From assembly GCA_963718915.1 (NCBI GenBank), contig CAVRAI010000015.1:900001-932000 (forward strand): 32,000 nucleotides of DNA, written 5' to 3'. Source of the stretch: an uncultured Chloroflexia bacterium. GTDB taxonomy: Bacteria; Chloroflexota; Ktedonobacteria; Ktedonobacterales; JADMIN01. The position numbers and the translations under genes are program-made. The notes under the pieces were generated by a model. That model was given only the letters and a program-made list of their open reading frames with translations. It did no database searches and had not been told where the DNA came from. Of the stretch, positions 15,746 through 23,583 are shown in pieces (the first letter of the stretch is position 1; every line of letters begins with the position of its first letter).

Positions 15746-16834
15746 ATGCCAGCAACAGAGCGATTGCGCGACCTGGGCGTTGCCATCGGCACACTGCCAG
15801 TGGGTTCATCGAATACCCTGACCGATGTGCCGGGGGTGCGAGTCGGGCATACGACGCTGATTCGCGGCGACAATATACGCACGGGCGCGACGGCGATCTG
15901 GCCGCACGACGGCAACCCCATGACCGAACGCCTCTACGCGGGTATCTTCGCGCTCAACGGTTACGGCGAGATGACCTGCCGCTCGGTGATCGATGAGTGG
16001 GGGCTGCTCTCGTCGCCGATTGTGCTCACCGGGACATCTGGCGTGGGGATGGCGCTGCACGCGACCACGCGCTACCTGGCCCAGCGCTATCCCGAGCAGG
16101 CGCGCGACGAGATCCCGATTGCCGTCGTCGCCGAGTGTGACGACGGATTTCTGCACGACCATCTCACCTTCGCGCTCACCGAGCAGGATGTCTGGGACGC
16201 GCTCGATGGCGCAAATACTGATCCTGTCGAGGAAGGGTGTGTTGGCGCGGGCACGGGGATGGCGCTCTTCAGCTTCAAAGGCGGCATCGGTAGCTCGTCG
16301 CGCGTCGTCGCCATCGATGCGGGCACATTCACGGTGGGAGTGCTGGTGGAGACAAACTTTGGCCGCAGACCTCAACTGACGGTCGCGGGGGTGCCCGTTG
16401 GCCGGGTCATCACCGACCTGATGCCAGAACAGCCAACCGCCGACGGCTCATGTATCGTTGTCGTCGCGACCGATGCGCCGCTCCACGCCCATACGCTTCG
16501 GCGAGTGGCGAAGCGCGCCGGGCTGGGACTGGCACGGACCGGCTCGACTGCGGGTGATGGCAGTGGCGAGATCATCCTGGCGTTCTCGACGGCGCAACGT
16601 ATCCCCTACAGGGCGCCTGGCGGTCGGCTCACCATCGACATCCTCGGCGAGGGCAGCTACGACAATCGTGGGCTAAATTCTATCTTTGAGGCTGTGGTAG
16701 AGGCGACCGAGGAGGCGGTCATCAACGCGCTGCTGGCGGCGACGACGATGCGCGGACGCGAGGGCCATGTGCTCCATGCGCTGCCACACGACCGCCTGCG
16801 CGAACTGCTGGCAGCGCACATCCCTCAATCGTGA
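15746..16834 (+). CDS. P1 (DmpA/S58) family aminopeptidase
   Basis: NTLTDVPGVRVGHTTL...RTGATAI... and the GxGxxxFxFKGGIGSSSR self-cleavage region are typical of DmpA/BapA. ATG 15746 (GTG 15743 is also possible) after GAGGGAGAG. Confidence 0.75.
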   Translation: MPATERLRDLGVAIGTLPVGSSNTLTDVPGVRVGHTTLIRGDNIRTGATAIWPHDGNPMTERLYAGIFALNGYGEMTCRSVIDEWGLLSSPIVLTGTSGVGMALHATTRYLAQRYPEQARDEIPIAVVAECDDGFLHDHLTFALTEQDVWDALDGANTDPVEEGCVGAGTGMALFSFKGGIGSSSRVVAIDAGTFTVGVLVETNFGRRPQLTVAGVPVGRVITDLMPEQPTADGSCIVVVATDAPLHAHTLRRVAKRAGLGLARTGSTAGDGSGEIILAFSTAQRIPYRAPGGRLTIDILGEGSYDNRGLNSIFEAVVEATEEAVINALLAATTMRGREGHVLHALPHDRLRELLAAHIPQS

Positions 16835-17058
16835 CGGTGTTTACGGATGGCGCCCCTGGCTACTAGGATCGCTGGCTTGGGAAGAGCGATGGAGTGCATT
16901 GCTTAGTCCGTTGGAAATGCTGCTGATGATGACGTTGATGGAGAGCAACGCTGAACAAAAATGCGGCTATCCCCTGACAGTAGTAGGCGGATGTGCGCTC
17001 AATGATTCTCAGGCGCTATTTCCGCGCAAGCTCTCAGATGGCCATTGAAGGAGGACGT

Positions 17059-17466
17059 ATGACCACAGGAATCCCGCATGAGCCGGAAGGTGTTGTCTCA
17101 TTGGCAAGCCCGTTCAGCGTCCCCGAGACGATTTCGCGCATCGAGAAAGCAATCGCTGGCCACGGGTTGACGCTATTTGCGCACATTGACCACACAACTG
17201 CCGCAGCATCGGTTGGCCTGACAATGCAGCCCGCCCACGTGCTTCTATTCGGCAGCCCGCGCGCAGGTACTCCCCTCATGATCGCATCACCTTTGCTCGC
17301 GCTCGAGTTGCCACTGAAGGCGCTCGTCTGGCAGAATGATAGGGGGCAGGCGTATGTGACCTACACCGATCCTGCATATCTTGGCGCGCGTTATGGCATC
17401 CCCGCTGATTTGGAGAAGAATATCGTCGGCATGGTACCGCTGTTGATGGGCGCGCTTCAGGGATAA
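17059..17466 (+). CDS. DUF302 domain protein
   Basis: SPFSVPETISRIEKAIAGHGLTLFAHIDH...LLFGSPRAGTPLM...ALELPLKALVWQ matches the DUF302 pattern. The ATG is preceded by GAAGGAGGA. Confidence 0.75.
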   Translation: MTTGIPHEPEGVVSLASPFSVPETISRIEKAIAGHGLTLFAHIDHTTAAASVGLTMQPAHVLLFGSPRAGTPLMIASPLLALELPLKALVWQNDRGQAYVTYTDPAYLGARYGIPADLEKNIVGMVPLLMGALQG

Positions 17467-17515
17467 GTGTCGAGGGGGACAATCGTAGACAAAGTTCCTC
17501 AACACAACCGTGTCG

Positions 17516-17524
17516 TGATACACT
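17516..17524 (+). promoter_or_regulatory. Extended -10 TGATACACT, 8 nt before the AI-2E transporter ATG (leaderless arrangement)
   Basis: Read directly. There is no Shine-Dalgarno sequence between the element and the ATG at 17533. Confidence 0.45.
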
Positions 17525-17532
17525 GAAACGAC

Positions 17533-18870
17533 ATGGTTCCTATTCCAAATGCAGCTTGTGTGATGAACCATGTTCAAGGAGGCACGACCCTCGTGGATGG
17601 ACGAGACACGCGCGATATCCTGGATCGACACCGCGTACTGCGCCTACTGCTGGGCCTGGTGACAGTCCTCGTCGCCATGTGGGTTCTCGGCGTCGTATGG
17701 TCGGTGCTGGCTTCGGTTGCAGATATCCTGCTACTCTTCTTCCTGGCCTGGGTCATCACGTTTATCCTTGCCCCCGTCTCGAATTTCCTTATCAGCCGCA
17801 AATTCCCACGGGTGCTGGCCGTCTCGCTGGTCTATATCGCCTTACTGGTCGTCATCTCGGGCGCGATAGTGCTGATGGTGCCAGCTATCCAGGCGCAGGT
17901 GACCCAACTGGCGGACGAGATCAAGTCTGACCTCTCGGCGGAACGGCTGGCAACGCTGAATCAGAGTGCTGTAGATGTGCTCCTGCGCTTCGGCTTCTCG
18001 GCGAAAGATGCGCAGCACATCGTCTCGCAAATTTCACAGCAGGTACCCGGCTGGGCTGGCTCGCTGGCAAATAATGCAGTCAACTTCGCGACGACGCTGG
18101 TGACGTCGATTTTGACCCTCCTCTTCGATGCGGCGCTTGTCATTATCATCTCGTTCTATATGATGCTCGACGGCGAGCGGCTGGTGAAGAGCATCGTTGC
18201 GAAGCTGCCGCCCCGTTGGGAGCCTGATTTCCGCATGTTCCAGCGGCAGGTCAATGAGACGTTTGGCGGCTTCTTCCGCGCGCAGATCATCATCGCGCTC
18301 ATTTATGGCCTGTTTACCTGGCTTGTCCTGCTGGTGCTTGGCCAGCCCAACGGCTTTCTGGCCTCGTTGCTGGCGGGCCTGATTATGATGATCCCCTTCA
18401 TCGGCTCGTTTGGCGCCTTTGTGCCGCCGCTGCTGCTGGTGCTGCTGCAAACACCGAACGACCAACTGGTCGGCAAGGTGCTGGTGCTGGTGCTCCTGTT
18501 GATCGTCGCGCAGCAGATCGCGCTCCAGCTTATCGCGCCACGGGTCTTCGGCAAGACACTGGGCATCAACCCGCTCATCCTGTTTGCAGCGCTGCTGCTG
18601 GGTGCGAAGTGGGGCGGCGTCTGGGGCGCGTTCTTCGCCGGGCCAATTGTCGCGGTCTTCGCGGCGGTCGGCGAGACGTTCTATGATCGATTCACGCGGA
18701 AGTTGCCGCTCTTCACGCCAGAGGAGGAAGTGGCGGATGAGCCGCCCGCCGAACCTGTCAACAACGCATCGCGCATATTCAGAAACGGCGACATAGCGCC
18801 AACAGAAGGCAACGGGCTGCATCCAGTTGAATCCGCCACAGAGCAGGAGAGCGCTACCCCGCGCCACTGA
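17533..18870 (+). CDS. AI-2E (PerM/YhhT) family transporter
   Basis: Multi-TM protein with typical AI-2E blocks (FFLAWVITFILAPV, SFYMMLDGERL, GFFRAQIIIALIYG, IPFIGSFGAFVPP, INPLILFAALLLGAKWGGVWGAFFAGP). Confidence 0.8.
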   Translation: MVPIPNAACVMNHVQGGTTLVDGRDTRDILDRHRVLRLLLGLVTVLVAMWVLGVVWSVLASVADILLLFFLAWVITFILAPVSNFLISRKFPRVLAVSLVYIALLVVISGAIVLMVPAIQAQVTQLADEIKSDLSAERLATLNQSAVDVLLRFGFSAKDAQHIVSQISQQVPGWAGSLANNAVNFATTLVTSILTLLFDAALVIIISFYMMLDGERLVKSIVAKLPPRWEPDFRMFQRQVNETFGGFFRAQIIIALIYGLFTWLVLLVLGQPNGFLASLLAGLIMMIPFIGSFGAFVPPLLLVLLQTPNDQLVGKVLVLVLLLIVAQQIALQLIAPRVFGKTLGINPLILFAALLLGAKWGGVWGAFFAGPIVAVFAAVGETFYDRFTRKLPLFTPEEEVADEPPAEPVNNASRIFRNGDIAPTEGNGLHPVESATEQESATPRH

Positions 18871-20353
18871 AGGTTGGCTTGAGCGCTGGATAAAGCGACT
18901 GATAGACTGGATAGAGATGGTCGTATGTCGCCTGCCACTCCGCGTCGGGAGCCGTTATCGCGCCTGGCTGGATGGTGGCCGAGCAGGCTGTCGCGACATC
19001 TGGCCAGACGCCTGCGCCGACTCCCGCCAGCAGCGCCGCGCCATAGGCCGCGCCCTCGCTCGCTTCGACGGTCTCTAACGGCGTCGCCAGCATGCTCGCC
19101 AGAATCGCTCGCCAGAGCGGACTGCGCGCGCCACCGCCCGAGACACGCGCCCGCGCCATCTCACCCAGGCCCACCTGAGCCAGCAGCGTAAACCCATCGC
19201 GCAGGCCAAACGCAACACCTTCCAGCACGGCGCGGATCATATGCGCCCGCGTGTGCCGCAGTGTCAGCCCGACCCACGCGCCACGCGCCAGCGGATCAGG
19301 ATGAGGCGTCCGCTCGCCAGAGAGGTACGGTAGAAAGAGTAGCCCTTCGCTGCCAGCGGGCGCTTGAGCCGCTTCGTCCATCAGCGCGTCGAAGCTGACA
19401 TCGGGCGCGAGCGTATCGTGCAGCCATTGCAGGCTCCCCGCTGCAGAGAGCATCACACCCATCAGGTGCCAGCGTCCCGGTACCGCATGGCAGAAGGCGT
19501 GCAGCCGTCCCTCTGGCTCGAAGAGTGGCGCGGAGGTCGCGGCGAAGACAACACCCGACGTGCCCAGTGTCACCGCCGCCATACCTGGATCGATTGCGCC
19601 GACGCCCACCGCCTGCGCCGACTGATCGCCGCCACCCGCCATGACCGGCGTTCCCACGGCCAGCCCCGTGAGCGCGGCAGCCTCGGCGTTAATGGCTCCC
19701 GTTGCCTCCGGCCCTTCGTGTGTGGGCGGCAGCCACGACGATGGAATATCGAGCGCGGCGGCTACCTCCAGCGACCAGTCGCGCCTGGCAAGGTCGAAGA
19801 GGAGCGTGCCGGAGCCGTCGGCTTTATCCATCGCGAAGTCGCCGGTCAGGCGGTAGCGAATATAGTCCTTTGGCAGCAGGATGTGGGCGGCGTGGGTGTA
19901 GATCTCTGGCTCGTGGCGGCGCACCCAGAGCACTTTGGGCGCGGTGAAGCCAGGGAGCGCGTCGTTGCCGGTCACGGCGATCAGGTGGCTTTTCCCCATG
20001 CGCGCGCGAATCTCGTCGCACTCAGCGGCGGTTCGCTGGTCGTTCCAGAGAATCGCCGGGCGGAGCGGCTCGCCCTGCCCATCGAGCAGCGCCAGCCCGT
20101 GCATCTGGCCTGTCAGACCCACAGCGCGCACCTCGGCGCCCGTCACCTCCGCCGTCGCCAGCGCAGCCCGGATGCTGGTGGCAGTGGCCTCCCACCAATC
20201 GCGTGGCTGCTGCTCAGCCCAGAGTGGGCGCGGTGTGGAGAGCGTGAGTGGTGTCGATGCGCTGGCGACGATCTGACCCTGCTCGTCAATCAATAGCGCC
20301 TTGGCTCCGGTGGTCGAAAGATCAATCCCGAGCAGGAGCGTGCGGTGTGGCAT
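18854..20353 (-). CDS. xylB: Xylulokinase (FGGY family)
   Basis: LLLGIDLSTTGAKALLIDEQG, LTGQMHGLALLD, GGGDQSAQAVGVG, and C-terminal SGGGARSPLWRAILA are FGGY/XylB signatures. Convergent 17-nt overlap with the transporter gene. Confidence 0.8.
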   Translation of the reverse strand: MPHRTLLLGIDLSTTGAKALLIDEQGQIVASASTPLTLSTPRPLWAEQQPRDWWEATATSIRAALATAEVTGAEVRAVGLTGQMHGLALLDGQGEPLRPAILWNDQRTAAECDEIRARMGKSHLIAVTGNDALPGFTAPKVLWVRRHEPEIYTHAAHILLPKDYIRYRLTGDFAMDKADGSGTLLFDLARRDWSLEVAAALDIPSSWLPPTHEGPEATGAINAEAAALTGLAVGTPVMAGGGDQSAQAVGVGAIDPGMAAVTLGTSGVVFAATSAPLFEPEGRLHAFCHAVPGRWHLMGVMLSAAGSLQWLHDTLAPDVSFDALMDEAAQAPAGSEGLLFLPYLSGERTPHPDPLARGAWVGLTLRHTRAHMIRAVLEGVAFGLRDGFTLLAQVGLGEMARARVSGGGARSPLWRAILASMLATPLETVEASEGAAYGAALLAGVGAGVWPDVATACSATIQPGAITAPDAEWQATYDHLYPVYQSLYPALKPTFSGAG

Positions 20354-20412
20354 ACTGGTTATCCTCTGGCTGCAACGGGCCGAACGTGTGCCCGCGTGTT
20401 TCAGTTGCGGCT

Positions 20413-20421
20413 ATTATCGCA
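20413..20421 (-). promoter_or_regulatory. Extended -10 TGCGATAAT for xylB
   Basis: Minus strand reads TGCGATAAT, about 60 nt upstream of the ATG at 20353. Confidence 0.4.
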
Positions 20422-20524
20422 TGCCACGGTAGCGGCGAGTAAACACTATTCCAGCCAGACCATCTGCGCCATCTTGTGGTTCGCTACTTTCGGTTTCTCG
20501 AGAATGCGATCCAAGTAATCCAGT

Positions 20525-23473
20525 TCATGGCAGCTCGGTAAGCGCTTGCTCGACGTGTGACAAATACAATCCCTCGCCCAGCGCCAGCAGCGCGTCCCGT
20601 GCTTGAAAGAGCCGCTCGCGCGCCAGCGGATCGTCGCCTGCAGCCCGCGCTGCCAGGCCGCCGACGTAAAGCAGCTTCGCTTTAGCGTAGGGATACGGGA
20701 GTTCGCGGCTGATGCGCAGCCCATCCTCAAGCGCTTGCTCCGCCGCCGCGAAATCACCCCGTCGCGTCGCCTGTATCACACGCACCCGCAGCGCGTCCAC
20801 CTCTGCCAGTCGGATATCTTCGCTTGTAGCCCGTGCCAGGCACTCATCCAACTGCGCGGCGGCCTCATCCGCATGGCCCAGGTCGAGCGACGCCCAGGCC
20901 AGATACGGCAGCAGATAGGTGACCAGCCCCTCCTGTTGTCCGGGCCGGTCGAGCAGCGGTATGAGACGAGCGTGCGCCGCCGTGGGCTGCCCCGCCAGCA
21001 AATCGCGTTCGGCCAGCGCGGCCTGGGCCAGGCGTAACGCCTGAAGATCGCCTGTCTGTTCGGCCAGCGCGGCCCCTTCCTCGATCAGTTCGTTCGCGCT
21101 GTCAAGATCGCCCTCTGCCAGCCGTAGCAGTCCGGGGCCAAGCGCAATGTAGGGCGAGACCCACGATGTGCCGAGGCGCAGGGCCATATCTTGCGCCTGC
21201 TCGTAGTCACTGTGCGCCTTCGCCCAGTCACCTGCCGCATATGAGTTCAGGCCGCGCCGCAGCACCATAAGCTCAGTAGCTAGCGAGTCGGCCATCTGCT
21301 CCGCCAGTTCCAGCGCACGCTCGACATCGCGCGTGGAGCGGGCAAACTTGCCTTGCAGCAGGTAGACGACGCTGACATTGTCCAGCGCCTGCGAGAGGAT
21401 GCGTGGGTCGTCCAGTGTCTCTGCCACACGGATTACGTCTTCGAGGGTCTGGCTGGCCTCGCGCAGTTGCCCCAGCATGCGGAGGGCATTGCCACGCCGC
21501 ATCTCGATCTGGCAGCGTAGCGCCTCATCGCCAGCGTCGCGAGCGTAGGCCGCCGCCTGCTCTGTCTCCGTCATTTGCTCGCCATATCGTCCGGCAAGGT
21601 GCAGCAGCTGGGCATAGATATCGTGGAGTGCCGCCAGCGTCTGAGGTGCGACTCCACGTGCCGCGTCAGGGGTGAGCGCGGGCGCCAGTCGTTGCAATCC
21701 CATGCGGGCGGATCCACGGTCGGCGTAAACCTGGCCAATCTGCGTCAGGACGCGCGCCTGCGCCTCGCTGTCACCTTCCTTGTGGTATATCTCGTGGGCA
21801 CGCTCGAAGGCTGTGAGCGATTGGTCATACCGTGCCGTGGCGCAGAGTACCCTGCCCCACTTTTCGCGGGCATGAGCGGCGTCGAGCGGACGACCGAGGC
21901 GATCCAGCCGTTCGACCAGCTCCCCATACGCGGTCTCGGCGGCGGCATATGCCTGCATCGTGACGGCGCGATCACCCGCGCGTTCGAGATAGGTCACCGC
22001 CTTCACTGGCTCGTCACCACGGAGGTAGTGGAAGGCCAGCATTTCCGCTGGAATCTCGCCCGGTTCATGTTCGAGCGCCGCGGCAATGCGACGGTGGAGC
22101 GCCGTGCGTCGGGCCGCGCTCAGATCGCGCGCCACGACGTCGCGGATGACATTGTTGGTGAACTGGTACGCATCGTCACTCGTTTCGTCCAGCAGCCGCG
22201 CGCGCGCGCAGGTTTCCAGCGCGGCGACCACCTCATCCTCGCTCCGCCCGCTGGAGAGCAGCACATCTCTCAGCAATCGAAGTGACGCTTTGCCACCTGC
22301 CACCGCGAGCATCTGCATGGCTTCGCCCGCAACCTCCGTTTGCATGGCGATACGCCGACGAATACTCTGCATCACGTCCCACGGGAGCGCGTCCTCCTGT
22401 CCCGTGGGTAATGCTCCACTTGCGAGCGCGTGCGCCCATCCGACGAGGTAGAACGGAATCCCGCCACACTGTTGCGTGACATGCGTCTGAACTTCCCGGC
22501 TGACTGTATCGCCGTTGGGCAGCAGTTGCCGCAGGAGCGTGACCGATTCCTCCTCAGTGAAAGGGCTGAGGGTATGCTGATGGAGTAGCCCCTCATGTTC
22601 GAGGTGGGTAATTGTCTGGGCGAGTGGGCTTCCAGCGGACACCTCGCTGTTGCGATAGGCGCCAATCAGGCGCAATGGCGTCATAGTTGAGCTGCGGGCG
22701 AGCGCCTCCAGCAGATCGCAGGCGTCGGAGCCAGCCCATTGCAGGTCATCGAAGACTAGCAGCATGCCTGCCGTGCCAGCGATATTGGCCATGTAGCGCG
22801 CCACCGCCGCGAACATCAGCCGCCGCTCCTGCTCTGGAGTTAGTGTCCATGGCGGCAGCTGCACAGCTTCACGTTCGGCCAGCTCCGGCAGCAGGCGCAC
22901 CAGCCAGCCGCAGCCCTGCAACGCGGACTTCAGGTCAGCGGGAGAGCGCCTGGCGATGTCGCGCTCGATCATATTCAGCAGCGGGGCATAGGGATCCTGA
23001 TAGTTGCCTTGCGGACAGTTTCCCATCAGGACCGCCCAACCAGTCCCCGTTGCAAGAGAGGCTGCCTCGTGTAGCAGCCGTGTCTTGCCGATGCCTGGCT
23101 CGCCCTCAAGAAAGAGCGCTGGCGGCAAACGATCCGACAACAGGTGTTCGATCAAGGCGAGTTCATTAGTTCGACCAACCAGCGGAATGCCCGCGTGCGC
23201 TGGCTCCAGTGAGACCGGTTGCGCGACAAGCGGCGCGCTCCGGTGGCGGGCAGATTGCTCGAACCGCGCGCGCTCCTGTTCATCAAGGCCGAGCGCCTCG
23301 GCAAGCAGGTCGACGGTCTCACGCCGGGGTGTGCGATTGACGCCACGCTCAAGCGCGCTGACAGCCTCCGGGCTGAGTCCAGCATGTTCGGCCAGTTCCG
23401 CCTGCGTATACCCTGCCGCTCGCCGGAAACGTCTGAGCAACGCCGCGAAGGTTTGTGGTTGCAGCGTCCCCAT
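20525..23473 (-). CDS. XRE-type HTH / AAA_16 P-loop NTPase / TPR-repeat protein (STAND-like signal-transducing regulator), 982 aa
   Basis: N-terminal HTH GYTQAELAEHAGLSPEAVSALERG; Walker A GEPGIGKTRL; Walker B LLVFDDLQWA. About 600 aa of TPR-like helical repeats follow. Confidence 0.8.
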   Translation of the reverse strand: MGTLQPQTFAALLRRFRRAAGYTQAELAEHAGLSPEAVSALERGVNRTPRRETVDLLAEALGLDEQERARFEQSARHRSAPLVAQPVSLEPAHAGIPLVGRTNELALIEHLLSDRLPPALFLEGEPGIGKTRLLHEAASLATGTGWAVLMGNCPQGNYQDPYAPLLNMIERDIARRSPADLKSALQGCGWLVRLLPELAEREAVQLPPWTLTPEQERRLMFAAVARYMANIAGTAGMLLVFDDLQWAGSDACDLLEALARSSTMTPLRLIGAYRNSEVSAGSPLAQTITHLEHEGLLHQHTLSPFTEEESVTLLRQLLPNGDTVSREVQTHVTQQCGGIPFYLVGWAHALASGALPTGQEDALPWDVMQSIRRRIAMQTEVAGEAMQMLAVAGGKASLRLLRDVLLSSGRSEDEVVAALETCARARLLDETSDDAYQFTNNVIRDVVARDLSAARRTALHRRIAAALEHEPGEIPAEMLAFHYLRGDEPVKAVTYLERAGDRAVTMQAYAAAETAYGELVERLDRLGRPLDAAHAREKWGRVLCATARYDQSLTAFERAHEIYHKEGDSEAQARVLTQIGQVYADRGSARMGLQRLAPALTPDAARGVAPQTLAALHDIYAQLLHLAGRYGEQMTETEQAAAYARDAGDEALRCQIEMRRGNALRMLGQLREASQTLEDVIRVAETLDDPRILSQALDNVSVVYLLQGKFARSTRDVERALELAEQMADSLATELMVLRRGLNSYAAGDWAKAHSDYEQAQDMALRLGTSWVSPYIALGPGLLRLAEGDLDSANELIEEGAALAEQTGDLQALRLAQAALAERDLLAGQPTAAHARLIPLLDRPGQQEGLVTYLLPYLAWASLDLGHADEAAAQLDECLARATSEDIRLAEVDALRVRVIQATRRGDFAAAEQALEDGLRISRELPYPYAKAKLLYVGGLAARAAGDDPLARERLFQARDALLALGEGLYLSHVEQALTELP

Positions 23474-23487
23474 GGTCTTGCCCTTCC

Positions 23488-23516
23488 CTCGATAGAGATG
23501 GCTCTCACTCGATAGA
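23488..23516. repeat. Direct repeat CTCGATAGA x2 (20-bp register) in the leader of the HTH-STAND gene; candidate operator
   Basis: Copies at 23488-23496 and 23508-23516. A third, inverted CGATAG lies at about 23543-23550 in the promoter spacer. Confidence 0.4.
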
Positions 23517-23535
23517 TACGGCCCTCATCACTACT

Positions 23536-23564
23536 AGTATATGCTATCGGGGGAATGGAGTAAA
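23536..23564 (-). promoter_or_regulatory. Candidate promoter TTTACT-N17-TATACT for the HTH-STAND gene
   Basis: Plus-strand agtaaa at 23559-23564 and agtata at 23536-23541. Confidence 0.4.
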
Positions 23565-23583
23565 CGGGCGGCTGATCGCGTAT

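Noticed and set aside
20446-20757. 103-aa minus-strand ORF extending past the stop of the STAND gene
   Set aside because: Most of it overlaps the STAND gene out of frame. The non-overlapping tail has no start codon or RBS of its own.
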